NCBI GenBank assembly: GCA_002269645.1
Contig: NIVC01001731.1
Span: 124,001 to 188,000 of the forward strand
Source of the DNA: Macrostomum lignano
Lineage: Eukaryota
Direction: 5' to 3'
DNA length: 64,000 nt
Both the position numbers and the translations under genes were made by a program. The notes below the pieces were generated by a model. The model was not told the origin of the DNA. It was given only the letters and a program-made list of their open reading frames with translations, and did not search any database. Shown in pieces: positions 1-11,431 of this stretch. Positions within the stretch are counted from its first letter, which is position 1; each line of letters opens with the position of its first letter.

Positions 1-59
1 CTAGACAGTCCCGTTTATGAGTCCCTAGACAGTCCCGATTCTGAGTCCCTAGACAGTCC

Positions 60-722
60 CAATCCTAAGTCCCATGGCGGTCCCGATCCTAAGTCCCATG
101 TTGCTCCCGATCCTAAGTCCCATGATGGTTCTGATCCTAAGTCCCATGTTGGTCCCGATCCCAAGTCCCATGTTGGTCCCGATCCTAAGTCCCATGATGG
201 TTCTGATCCCAAGTCCCATGTTGGTCCCGATCCTAAGTCTCATGTTGGTCCCGATCCTAAGTCCCATGTTGGTCCCGATCCTAAGTCCCATGTTGGTCCC
301 GATCCTAAATCTCATGTTGGTCCCGATCCTAAGTCCCATGTTGGTCCCGATCCTAAATCTCATGTTGGTCCCGATCCTAAGTCCCATGATGGTTCTGATC
401 CTAAGTCTCATGATGGTCCCGATCCTAAGTCCCATGATGGTTCTGATCCCAAGTCCCATGTTGGTCCCGATCCTAAATCTCATGTTGGTCCCGATCCTAA
501 GTCTCATGATGGTCCCGATCCTAAGTCTCATGTTGGTCCCGATCCTAAATCTCATGTTGGTCCCGATCCTAAATCTCATGTTGGTCCCGATCCTAAATCT
601 CATGTTGGTCCCGATCCCAAGTCCCATGTTGGTCCCGATCCTAAGTCTCATGATGGTCCCGATCCTAAGTCCCATGATGGTCCCGATCCTAAGTCTCATG
701 ATGGTCCCGATTCTAAGTCCCA
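60..722 (+). repeat. 24-bp minisatellite (GGTCCCGATCCTAAGTCCCATGTT)n in NAA25 intron
   Basis: Directly visible tandem units; explains ORFs 15-212, 49-723 and 74-778 with 8-aa periodicity. Confidence 0.95.
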
Positions 723-728
723 AATTAG

Positions 729-2504
729 ACCAGCTCCGCCGGAATTGCTCAGGTCCCCGAGCTCGTCGCCCTGACTGACCGGGTGAGCTCGAGTCTGGAG
801 TCGGTCTTCTGCGGCCTGGAGCTGCGCCACCAGTCCCTGCTGCTCAGCGGGCCCAACATTGTCGAGGGCGTCTACGAGATGGGCGCCCCGCCGGAGTCCT
901 CCAGCAGCGCCGAGTCGCCGCAGCCCGCCTTCGACGGCCTTGTCGATGGTCGAGACTTTCGATTGGTTCGCGAGTTCCGCTCCGACCTGCTGGCCGCCAC
1001 GGCCGACGCCAGCCGGTTGCTGGAAGACGAGCGCGCCTGGCTGCTGTACCGGTCTCTGGGCCTGCGCTGTGTCAGCCATCTGACCCGCATGGCAACTGAG
1101 ATGGCTTCCACCGGCTCCGTTACTAAGCAGGCCGACGCGGCTAGGGCGTTGAAGCAGCAGCTGATGGAGCAGTCCGCTGGGTCGACTGGCGACTCATTGC
1201 CGGCCTTCGACATCGAGCCGCATCCCTGCCTGCCGTACCCGGCCTGTCTGCCCGCTCACTTTGCGGCAGGATCCCAGGTTTGTTTAGGGAGCTTTATTAT
1301 ACTGGGATTCTCTAACTCTTTTGGTGGCAATGGAACATGTGTTTATGTGCTTTTTGTAGCTTGGCATTCCTGTTTAGAGATGTAGCATTCTTAGCCTCCT
1401 GTTTTGGGATTTTAGGATTTTAAGATTTGGGATTTTAGCCTTCTGTTTTGGGAATTTTTTATTTATTGCTTTGGGATTTAAGCCTCGTGTTTTTGGATTT
1501 GGGATTTTAGGAATATTAGGATTTGAGATGTAAGGGATTTTGGGATTTTTTTGGATTTGGGATTTTAGGAATTTTAGGATTTGGGATTTTAGGGATTTGG
1601 GAATTTTTTGGATTTTATGAATTTTGGGGATTTTGGGATTTTAAAATTTGGGATTTCAACTTCCGGTTTGGAAGTTTGGGGTTTCAGGTTTTGGGATTTT
1701 TCGAATTTTAGGATTTGAGATGTTAGGGATTTGGGGATTTTTGGATTTGGGATTTTATGATTTTAGGATTTGGGATTTTGGAATTTTAGGATTATGGATT
1801 TCAGCCTCAGGAAAATCCCAGGGATTTCGGGATTTTCAAACTTGTGTAGCTGATACAAGCCCCATCCCCTCTCCATTCGCCAGGCGCTCCTCGCCCCAGC
1901 CATCGACTACTTCTTAAACTTGCTGCCACCGTCAACCGACAATTCGTCCGCCGGCGTCGCCGACGCATCCTCAATCGACCCGCTGTTGGAGTCATTCGAC
2001 GCCCAGCTGGCAGCCGTGGAGGTCATCAACGCCGATGGCGGGTCAGCAGCGACCGCCCCCGTTGAGCCGCTGTTCGGCCAGCAGCTGCAGCGGCTCTCCT
2101 GCCTGTGCGAGTCGGTCTGCCTGCTCAGCTTGGTGCACGAGCTCACCGCCGTCGCTCTGGCCGGCAAGCTGGCGATGTCGAAAAAACAGCGCCGACCCTA
2201 CGAAACGTTTTGTCGGACAGTCCGAAGTCGAATCGGCGACCGGATCAATCGGGCAGCCACCGCTCTCGAAGCGCTGGAGGCCGTCTGGAAGGCGAAGATC
2301 GGCCAGGCCTGGACCGACGCCGATGGCCAGGAGGAGACCGTCGGCGTCGGTGGCGATGACGGCGGCCAGCCGAAACGACGCTGTCGGGCCAAAGTTGACG
2401 AGCTGCTCTGCCAGTCCCGCTGCCGCTGCCTCGGCGAGATGCTCAACCTGCTGAGAGTGAAGGCGCGCCTGTCCGAGACTGGAAGGGCCGGCGGCGCCTC
2501 CTGA
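729..2504 (+). CDS. NAA25: NatB auxiliary subunit (NAA25/MDM20), last two coding exons; gene starts upstream of the window
   Basis: Exons 729-1277 (ttag|ACC...CAG|gtttgt) and 1884-2504 (cgccag|GCG...TGA) join in phase 0. DGRDF...LEDERAWLLYRSLGLRCVSHL, HPCLPYP, LQRLSCLCESVCLLSLV and KV...LGEMLNLLR align by eye with recalled human NAA25 blocks DNRDL...LEEETLWLRIRSLTLRLISGL, YPFLGP, LENLVFFVETISVILWV and KV...LLEMGELLK. The acceptor could instead be at 734. Confidence 0.72.
1400..1840 (+). repeat. Degenerate (TTTTGGGA)n-type low-complexity repeat in NAA25 intron
   Basis: Repeated ttttgggatttt / ttttaggatttt words. Confidence 0.85.
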
Positions 2505-2510
2505 GTACTG

Positions 2511-2619
2511 TTGTCTGTCTGCCTGTCTGCTTGTCTGTCTGCCTGCCTGCCTGCCTGCCTGTCTGTCTGCCTGCCTGTCTGTCTGTCTGTCTGCCTGCCT
2601 GCCTGTCTGTCTGCCTGCC

Positions 2620-2678
<59 letters not shown>

Positions 2679-2679
2679 G

Positions 2680-2722
<43 letters not shown>

Positions 2723-2741
2723 TGATTTGTGTGTATTTCTA

Positions 2742-2800
<59 letters not shown>

Positions 2801-2801
2801 G

Positions 2802-2888
<87 letters not shown>

Positions 2889-2889
2889 G

Positions 2890-2932
<43 letters not shown>

Positions 2933-2951
2933 TGATTTGTGTGTATTTCTA

Positions 2952-3032
<81 letters not shown>

Positions 3033-3090
3033 GCCTGCCTGTCTGTCTGCCTGTCTGTCTGTTGATTTGTCTGTATTTCTATGTCTGTCT
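2511..3090 (+). repeat. (CTGT)n microsatellite immediately after the NAA25 stop codon
   Basis: Tetranucleotide array with recurring gttgatttgtgtgtatttctat interruptions; source of the LSVC and TDRQ ORFs. Confidence 0.97.
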
Positions 3091-3822
3091 TCCTCCGTGG
3101 CCGCCGCAGTTGTTTCCAGAATCGCGCAGGTGACCATTGTTCGCTCGATTCGCTGTTCCCCTTCAGCCATGAGACGGTGTTTCTGTTTTTTGTCAGGTGC
3201 CGAATTCTGAGCTGCCACCTGCCCTGTTTACTGTAACCGCCAACCATAAAAATCAAGGTCGCATTCTGTTTAAACCCTGTCTGCCCTGTTCCATCTCTCT
3301 GTCAGCCAGGCAGTTCCGGTTCTCTAATTGAGTTTATTTGGTTATTTGTATTGAACAGGCTCTGCCGCCCTGCTCATTCGCTTCATTCACGCTGCTTATT
3401 TCATTCACGTAGGCCAGGAGTCGGCAAGCTACGGCCCGCGAAGCCTCTCTTTCCCTCTCCTGTCTCCCCCCGTCTCTTATCTCTTTATTAGTCTCTAATC
3501 TCTTCTCTCCCTAGTAGGCCATATCAGGCAACCATCGGAATTACAGCTAACCTGTGCCCGCCATCCGTTCAACTCTTGTTGTTTTGATTGAAGAAGTAAA
3601 TTATTTATTTCTTTAATGCTAAATATATAATAGTTAAATTATTAATAGTAATAATTGCTATCTTTTTCTACCGCGTTGTTTTCCTCGCCGAGGCGAGGCG
3701 GAGTAGAATTTGATTAACCGAAAATGACCGAGGTTGTTGCTTTTTTATTCGATGCTTTCAAGTATCTGTTAAAAGACTTTCGTGAATGTGCTTCACTGCA
3801 GTTCTTGAAGGCAATGTCAATC

Positions 3823-4450
3823 AGATTCTCAGTTGCTGGGCCAGCCTCCCAGATCCTCAGTTGCTGGGCCAGCCTCCCAGATCCTCAGTTGCTAGGCCAG
3901 CCTCCCAGATCCTCAGTTGCTGGGCCAGCCTCCCAGATCCTCAGTTGCTGGGCCAGCCTCCCAGATCCTCAGTTGCTGGGCCAGCCTCCCAGATCCTCAG
4001 TTGCTGGGCCAGCCTCCCAGATCCTCAGTTGCTGGGCCAGCCTCCCAGATCCTCAGTTGCTGGGCCAGCCTCCTAAATCCTCAGTTGCTGGGCCAGCCTC
4101 CTAAATCCTCAGTTGCTGGGCCAGCCTCCTAAATCCTCAGTTGCTGGGCCAGCCTCCCAGATCCCCAGTTGCTGGGCCAGCCTCCCAGATCCCCAGTTGC
4201 TGGGCCAGCCTCCCTCGGTTGCTGGGCCAGCCTCACAGATCCCCAGTTGCTGGGCCAGCCTCCCAGATCTCCAGTTGCTGGGCCAGCCTCCCAGATCTCC
4301 AGTTGCTTGGCCAGCCTCACAGATCCTCAGTTGCTGGGCCAGCCTCCCAGATCCTCAGTTGCTGGGCCAGCCTCCCAGATCTCCAGTTGCTTGGCCAGCC
4401 TCACAGATCCTCAGTTGCTGGGCCACCAGCCTCCCAGATCCTCAGTTGCT
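3823..4450 (+). repeat. 28-bp minisatellite (GCTGGGCCAGCCTCCCAGATCCTCAGTT)n
   Basis: About 22 visible units; the same family recurs inverted at 59291-59470. Confidence 0.95.
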
Positions 4451-4674
4451 CGTCAAATATTGTAACTTGTATATTTCACGATGCAAGTATGATTAATATT
4501 AATATTCTATCCGTTTATTTCAGGCATAAAGCAGCTCCAAAGCATTTTTTACTCCAAGCCTGGGGTGGGGGGGGGCATTTTGAAAAGCAAGGAAATTCAC
4601 AGTTTCACTTGAAAACGCAAATGTCATGAAGCCAATAATTGTTTGTTTATTTTGCCCAAGCCAAGTTGATTGAC

Positions 4675-5811
4675 TCAGGCGGCCACTTGGCTTCCGGCTT
4701 TGCCAGACACCATCGGATGCAGCTCCATCGGCTCCTCAGCCTCTTCTATATTGGCATTGTTGTTGCCGTTGTTGTCGTTTCTGTCCATTTTACCGTCCTC
4801 ATCATCGTCGCCTTCGATTCGTTTGTCCTTCAGCGACTGGCTGTGCAGCAGGCGGGCCTTGCGCTCTTTGTTTAGGCAGCTGCAGAACGAGTCCAAGCAC
4901 ACCTCTAGAAATATGGTGTTGAAGAACATGTAGAGGAAGAAGTTGTGCGCTGAATTCAGCGTCAATAGCAGGTCGGTGACCTCGCGGGCGATCCGCTGTG
5001 CGTCTGTGCTGACCTCGTGATAGCCGAGGCCGTACAGAGTCATGGCCGCGTCGGGCAGGGCGAACACTATGAAGATGCAGATCACGATGATGAGCATGAG
5101 GGTGATGCGGTTCCGAGCAGCCAGTCGCCTGTTCGCCCTGGTCCGTCGCACGTTGACGATGATGCAGGCGTTCAGCACGATCAATAGCGCCAGAGGGGCG
5201 ATGCAGCGGAAGCTGGACTGGAAAATTGAATAGGCTCCGGCGAAGTGATTCTTCCACAGGTCCGTCACGTTCAAAGTGTAGCCGCCGTCAATCGCTGGCA
5301 CCTTGCGGTAGCGCAGGCCGATTGGCACGGTGAGCAGCAGGACGGTCAGGCCGATCACCAGGCACGCCGTGGTCGCCTTGGCAACGGTGAGGACGCCGCG
5401 ACACTCCGTCGGATACACAATCATTAGGAAGCGTTCGAAAGCGACTGCCACGGTCATCCAGGCTGCCACAGAGGAAGAATACTGCGACAGGAAGTAGCCG
5501 AACTGGTAGTAGTTGACGTAGATAAAACTGTCGCCACCGACGGTGAAGTACTTGCACAGTACGCTTGCGGTGTACATGAGATCGTTGATCAGCTTGATGA
5601 GGTCTCCGAATGCTAGCACCAGCAGGTAGATGTTAGTTGAAGTTCTCATCTTGGGCTTGACGAACACCATCAGGCAGAGAGTGTTGCCGGCGATGCCAAG
5701 TAGGCAGGCCAGCGGCATCAGGCCCGTGCCGATCACCAGCTGCACTATGGAATAGGCGCTGCTCTCGTTGCCATTGTCCGAGCTTCTGTTACTGTCGATC
5801 GGTGCCAGCAT
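4675..5811 (-). CDS. Intronless class A (rhodopsin-like) GPCR, FMRFamide/sex-peptide-receptor-like orphan peptide receptor, 378 aa
   Basis: Seven hydrophobic segments; GN in TM1 (GIAGN), LAFGD in TM2, ERF at the DRY position, TM7 NSAHNFFLY; N-terminal N-glycosylation sequons NRS and NES; GCCATG start context. Confidence 0.9.
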   Translation of the reverse strand: MLAPIDSNRSSDNGNESSAYSIVQLVIGTGLMPLACLLGIAGNTLCLMVFVKPKMRTSTNIYLLVLAFGDLIKLINDLMYTASVLCKYFTVGGDSFIYVNYYQFGYFLSQYSSSVAAWMTVAVAFERFLMIVYPTECRGVLTVAKATTACLVIGLTVLLLTVPIGLRYRKVPAIDGGYTLNVTDLWKNHFAGAYSIFQSSFRCIAPLALLIVLNACIIVNVRRTRANRRLAARNRITLMLIIVICIFIVFALPDAAMTLYGLGYHEVSTDAQRIAREVTDLLLTLNSAHNFFLYMFFNTIFLEVCLDSFCSCLNKERKARLLHSQSLKDKRIEGDDDEDGKMDRNDNNGNNNANIEEAEEPMELHPMVSGKAGSQVAA

Positions 5812-6784
5812 GGCTCCCAGAGCTTTCTCAAAGGCTAATTACTGTAGTTAGGAATATCGTGACTGCGGCAGAGTCTCCTGTTGATGCTTTATTTTTATAG
5901 TCGAGCCGCCATTCGTCTTACGAGCTCAAATCCTAGTGCTCCTGCAGATTCCATTGGCTCGCATTTAGACTTGGGGACTTTCTATACTTGCTCTCCCTCC
6001 CAATGCCCGTCAGGCTGTCGATCTGCCTTGCTCAGTTAGGCCTGAATCCGCCCCGCGGCCTGCAAGCTACTCGTATATCTTTTCCTAGGCGATTCTTAGT
6101 TTCGTTAATTATCAGGCGCATGCTTTTAGAATAGCCGACTTGTGATTACAGATTCAATTTCCGTATTACTCTTAATCTCTGTTCAGACGTTACTGGGCGC
6201 TTTGATGTCAGTTGCAGTCGTACTCCTTCCTGCACTGCGCTGGATCGGGGGAACAGCGTCTTCTTTGAGCTCGGTTCAATTAAGCGGTGCTGTTGAACAC
6301 GACATCCACGCTAGGTTTAGAATTTCTGCTTTCTTCGCCCAGCCGGGAACGTGAATTAATTGAATTTAGTGAACTCTGTGATTCTCTCATGTCTGACATG
6401 CAGCCCCATGGCTTGTTTATCTTTCTCATTATCCGATATATGCCTTTGATTAGACATTGGACATAGTGCAGCAGGTGTTCTAGGTGCGGAATACATTCTA
6501 GCTACTTATTAATTAAATCCCAGTTCTTTCGTCTCTCTACGCAGCACAAAACAGCTGATTAGACAGTGGCTCTCGTAGCAACTAGCTAACTGAAATTCCT
6601 CATACTCGTATTTCAAAGGTGTTATTTTCCAAGCGACTACACTCGAATCTCACTTATTCAATTATTTAATATTCGAGATTCGCTAGCGAAGAGCCATTAT
6701 TAGTGATGAACATGAAAGACAAGTGACGAACACAGCACCCTTAGACCTTAGTAGTAGTAGTCATGCACTACCTACATGTACCTC

Positions 6785-7077
6785 CCAAGGACAACTTAAG
6801 TAGAAGGACGCAACACTCGAAATCTATGGTAAATGTTTTGAAGGCAACATTTCGCCGAAAAAGCTTTATGAATATTGATAGAGCAATAACAAAGACACAA
6901 CATATAAAAAGATGAACACTGGATCTGCCTCCTATCGAAAGCAATAACAATTTTTGTGCTGAAAAAATTTAAACCTATCTCTGTAGTGTATTTTTCGGCG
7001 AAAAGTTGCCTTCAAAACATTTACCTTAGATTTCGAGTGTAGAAGCGTCCTATATATGTTACTTGAGTAGTCCTTGG
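6785..7077. mobile_element. Palindromic MITE-like element with about 80-bp inverted arms
   Basis: Left arm 6785-6862 (CCAAGGACAACTTAAGTA...ACACTCGAAATCTATGGTAAATGTTTTGAAGGCAACATTTCGCCGAAAAA) is the near reverse complement of 6991-7077. No TSD identified. Confidence 0.55.
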
Positions 7078-7699
7078 TACCTACTCCAGGTTGATCACAA
7101 AGTTCCTTTGCCTTGTCAAACGGGTTCATCTAGAGATAAAAATGTTTCACTTTTTTCCCTTGATGTCTGGCGAGCAAGAGCTCGAGATGATAATTACATT
7201 GATGTTGCCCGAAGATTTGCGACGGGTTTAAGCAGCCCCGATCAGCCATCAAAAACATCAATTTAACCCAACCTCTAGTCATCCACGCTTCTTTATGAAC
7301 GTGCCCTTTATATGCAGCATAAAGGCGTTTGTATTTATGTACGAGTACTGTACATCATGTACACCAGGTTTGCAAACTTTTTTAAGCCTTAAGGCTAGAT
7401 AAATAATCCAGCTCGTGACCGCGGGTCAGACGGGAGGACAGGAGAGGAAAGAGGAGATGAGTGAAGAGAGGAGAAACCGAAGCGAGAGAGGACAAATAGG
7501 ATGAGAGAAAAGCTGATAGAGAAGATATAGGATCGGAGAGATAGAATGAGAAATTAAATTAGGGAGAGAGAAAAAAGAGGAGAGGAGAATGAGATAGAGA
7601 AGAAAATGTTGCTGTTGCTAGCTTAACGTCCCCAGCCTCTGTGCAGGAGCATCGACCCTGCTCACGGTGGCAACTGACTGTCGATTGCCTTGAGTGTGG

Positions 7700-7900
7700 T
7701 CCGGCCGCGCCCCTGCTGCTTTCGGCGCCCGCCTCACGCCCCTGCCGCCTTCGGCGCCCTGCTGTCTTCAGCACCCTGCCGCCTTCGGTGCCCTGCTGTC
7801 TTCGGTGCCCGGCTGTTTTCGGCGCCCGGTTGTTTTCGGCGCCCGCAGCTCCGCGGTCTTCGGCGCCTCGCCGCCTCCGATGCTTTCGGCGCCCGCTCCT
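7700..7900. repeat. GC-rich degenerate repeat of CTTCGGCGCC-like words
   Basis: Repeated ttcggcgcc / ttcggtgcc motifs; produces several spurious overlapping ORFs in both directions. Confidence 0.6.
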
Positions 7901-8229
7901 CGGCACTCTCGCTGCCTCGGCTATCACCCGACGTTCGGGGCCTACCTGGGTGCTGGGGGGAGCTGTGTGGCGGCCGGACTGTACGCGACCGGCAAGCACC
8001 AGTGCAGCCGCACTGGAAACCCCCCAACCTCTGTCCAGCTGAGGTGGGGTGGGGTGCGCACCGAGCTATAGACGGCTCGCTAAGCCGGGGGGGGGGTTGG
8101 CACAGCCTATCACGCACGCCACCTTTTCGCACCTCCCTAGGCCCGTCAATCTTGTAAATATAAATAAATACGCAAAGCAGCACAAAACCTTCGCTGCCAT
8201 TACATCTACGAGGTAAAAGGCCTTCCGCC

Positions 8230-8745
8230 TCAGAGAGAGAGAAAAAAAGGGGAGAGGAGATAGAGAAGAAAAGAGATGACAGAGAAGAGAGGAGAGGGCA
8301 GCTGAGAAGAGAGGAGAAAAGGGAGAGGACAGAGAAGAGAGGAGAGAAAAGGGAGAGGACAGCTGAGAAGAGAGGAGAGAAAAGGGAGAGGACAGAGAAG
8401 AGAGGAGAGAAAAGGGAGAGGACAGCAGAGAAGAGAGGAGAGAAAAGGGAGAGGACAGAGAAGAGAGGAGAGAAAAGGGAGAGGACAGCTGAGAAGAGAG
8501 GAGAGAAAAGGGAGAGGACAGAGAAGAGAGGAGAGAAAAGGGAGAGGACAGCAGAGAAGAGAGGAGAGAAAAGGGAGAGGACAGCTGAGAAGAGAGGAGA
8601 GAAAAGGGAGAGGACAGAGAAGAGAGGAGAGAAAAGGGAGAGGACAGAGAAGAGAGGAGAGAAAAGGGAGAGGACAGCAGAGAAGAGAGGAGAGAAGACA
8701 GTGAGGAGACAAGAGAAGAGGGAGAGAGGACAGATCTGAGACGAG
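8230..8745 (+). repeat. AG-rich minisatellite (GAGAGGACAGAGAAGAGAGGAGAGAAAAGG)-type
   Basis: Visible tandem units of about 30-33 bp. Confidence 0.9.
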
Positions 8746-9777
8746 ATAGAAAACTCTTACCTAATATATTAGGTTGTGAAGCTAACAAAAATAAAAAGAC
8801 CCGAGGGCCGGACAGAGCTGCAGCTTCGCGGGCCGCATGTTGTCTAAATGGCCTGCAAACTCCGGCCCATACAAACTAATAAGCCAACTGAAAAGTACCG
8901 TAAAGTCCGTTAATTAGTGAAATCAAATTCAGTGAAAGATCAAATAACTCGCCTATAAAAAATTGTCAGAGCCGCTAATTCAGTTCCGTCAGCAGCAAAA
9001 AGGACATGAATTATAGTGAACTCAGACCTTACTGCGGTCTGGTGCAAAGCTATTGCAGTCTAGTAATATTCGAGTAGCTAATTATAACAACTTATAGTTA
9101 TTAACAACTAATAGCAAAACAGTCAACATAAATTTTAATTAAGCTCGCTCGCTACAAAGCAGTAAAAGTGGAATACCGCGTAAATGTGCTGAATTATAGC
9201 GTCCTTATACATGCTTGGACTTGACTGTAAAAACACGGGGGATTGGAGAGACAGAGGCAAAGCTGAAGAATTTCCTTTGACCATCAAAGGGAAAAAGCCA
9301 ATTCAATTCTGCTAGAAGCAGAAGTATCGATTTTCACAAGCTGCAGTTCCTATTTACTTCATAGGCTTGCGTTTCCTATTTAAATTTTGGCCCATTGGTT
9401 TGTTTTTTCAAATGTTTCTTCACGTTTCTTCTTGTTGTCTCTTCAAATGCATAGTTGACTTTTGATTTTCATCAAGCCACTGAACTGAATCGTTTGGCGG
9501 CACTCTGGTGGTGTCAGGAGTGAGGCATGGCCGCATGTGGCACTCTGGTGTGTCAGGAGTGAGGCTAGTGGCGGCACTCTGGTGGTGTCAGGAGTGAGGC
9601 TGGTGGCGGCACTCTGTGGTGTCAGGAGTGAGGCATGTGGAGGCACTCTGGTGGTGTCAGGAGTGAGGCATGTGGCGGCACTCTGGTGGTGTCAGGAGTG
9701 AGGCATGTGGCGGCACTCTGGTGGTGTCAGGAGTGAGGCATGTGGCGGCACTCTGGTGGTGTCAGGGGTGAGGCATA

Positions 9778-11431
9778 CAGTCATGCACAAAAGTAAGCAC
9801 ACCCCAAGCAAAAATTGAGAAAAACTGTTAAAATTTCTGAACCGTCAGCTGTATTACAACAAAACTGCATCACAATCATCCTTATTGACTGGCATTTATT
9901 TTGACACATCAAGCTTTGAAAAACTCTTTGTGGCTACGGAGCTACGGCAAAAAATGCTCAAACACACCTGTGCAAAAGTAAGTACACCCTGCCCTTTACT
10001 ACCAGTATAACCTCCTCTGTGCAGATGCGAGCCACCATAAGTACATTGCCAGCCGCCTCACTGCCTGTTACGTCACCAGCGACTTTAGTCCTGCTTGCCC
10101 TTGCCCTCAATCGGCTCAGCTACTGGTTTTCATGCTACTATAAAGCTCATGTGCAATGCAGCCGCATCATTGACTTGATACACGCCAGGACAATGCCAAG
10201 AGGCCAGGAGCTGTCAGTTCAGTTAAGAAATCGCATTGTAGCAGCTCACAATAGTGGCGATGGCTACAAGCGGATATCTGCTGCCTTCAATGTGCATGTA
10301 TCAACGGTTAGGCGCATCATCGCAAAGTACAAGCAGCACGGCACCACAGCATCTCTGCCTCGCAGTGGCCGGCCGAGTAAAATTTCAGCTCGCGCGCTGC
10401 GCAAACTCACGCAAGAGGTCAGCCAAAACCCGAATGCAACATCAGGCGAGCTGCAGCAGATGCTGAATGCAGCTGGCTTATTGCCGCACAGGACTACTGT
10501 TCGCCGAGCCCTGAACCGCGCGGGCCTCCGCAGCTGCATTCCAAGAAAAAAGCCTCTGATGCAGCAGCGACATCGCGATGCCAGGCTGCAGTTTGCTAAT
10601 GCGATGCTGAGCAAGCCAGACAGCTACTGGCAGTCAGTGCTTTGGACTGATGAAACCAAGATTGAGCTGTTCGGCAGGAATGAGAAGCAGCGCGTGTGGC
10701 GCAAGCCGAACACCGCATTTGAGCAGAAACACCTGAAGCCGACAGTCAAGCACGGAGGCGGCAGCATCATGCTGTGGGGCTGCTTTGCAGCTGCTGGCAC
10801 CGGCAGGCTGATGCACATCACCGAGAAGATGAATTCGGCTGTGTATCAGCAGATCCTTGATGAAAACCTGCAGCCATCAGTGCATGACCTCGGTCTTGGA
10901 CGAGCTTGGACACTGCAGCAGGACAATGACCCCAAGCACACGAGCGCTGCAACTCGGCGATGGCTGCAGCAGAGGCGCATCAAGGTCATGGAGTGGCCAA
11001 GCCAGAGCCCTGACCTGAATCCGATCGAGATGCTGTGGACGGATCTCAAGAAGATGGTTCACGCGAGGAAGCCGAAGAATCTGCGGGAATTGGCCGAATT
11101 CTGCATCGAGGAGTGGCGGAAAGTGCCCGCTGAGAGGTGCGCTGCGCTGGTGAATGGCTACCGCAAGCGGCTCTTGGCTGTGGTGGCTGCACGAGGTGGA
11201 GCTACAAAGTATTAAGACAGGGTGTACTTACTTTTGCACAGGTGTGTTTGAGCATTTTTTGCCATAGCTCCGTAGCCACAAAGAGTTTTTCAAAGCTTGA
11301 TGTGTCAAAATAAACGCCAGTCAATAAGGACCACTGTGATGCAGTTTTGTTGTAATACAGCTGACGGTTCAGAAATTTTAACAGTTTTTCTCAATTTTTG
11401 CTTGGGGTGTACTTACTTTTGTGCATGACTG
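9778..11431 (+). mobile_element. Full-length Tc1/mariner DNA transposon of IR/DR (Sleeping Beauty/Frog Prince/Passport-like) type, 1654 bp
   Basis: TA at 9776-9777 and 11432-11433. TIRs 9778-9991 and 11218-11431 (214 bp each, a few mismatches), each with an outer and inner direct repeat (core TGCA(C)AAAAGTAAGYACACCC). AATAAA in the right TIR. Intact transposase between the TIRs. Confidence 0.97.
10193..11215 (+). CDS. Tc1-family DD34E transposase, 340 aa, uninterrupted
   Basis: ATG at 10193 (MPRGQELS...). HTH region with GRPSK linker and RKKP; catalytic LWTDETK, QQDNDPKH and SPDLNPIE with 34 residues between the second D and E; ends ATKY-stop as in Sleeping Beauty. Confidence 0.96.
   Translation: MPRGQELSVQLRNRIVAAHNSGDGYKRISAAFNVHVSTVRRIIAKYKQHGTTASLPRSGRPSKISARALRKLTQEVSQNPNATSGELQQMLNAAGLLPHRTTVRRALNRAGLRSCIPRKKPLMQQRHRDARLQFANAMLSKPDSYWQSVLWTDETKIELFGRNEKQRVWRKPNTAFEQKHLKPTVKHGGGSIMLWGCFAAAGTGRLMHITEKMNSAVYQQILDENLQPSVHDLGLGRAWTLQQDNDPKHTSAATRRWLQQRRIKVMEWPSQSPDLNPIEMLWTDLKKMVHARKPKNLRELAEFCIEEWRKVPAERCAALVNGYRKRLLAVVAARGGATKY

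Noticed and set aside
15-3256. Long repeat ORFs (MLVPILSP, LSVC, TDRQ) and their equivalents across the window
   Set aside because: All coincide with micro- or minisatellites; no splice or domain support.
3416-3515. hAT-like end CAGGAGTCGGCAAGCTACGGCCCGCG, with a related word inverted at about 8825-8855 and a possible left end at about 7365
   Set aside because: Only short matches; no paired TIRs or 8-bp TSD could be confirmed.
3823-4450. CRISPR-like regular repeats here and in other arrays
   Set aside because: Head-to-tail tandem units without unique spacers, no cas genes, eukaryotic context.
10019-10192. 58-codon N-terminal extension of the transposase ORF
   Set aside because: Starts at GTG in the 5' UTR; homology to Tc1 transposases begins at ATG 10193.
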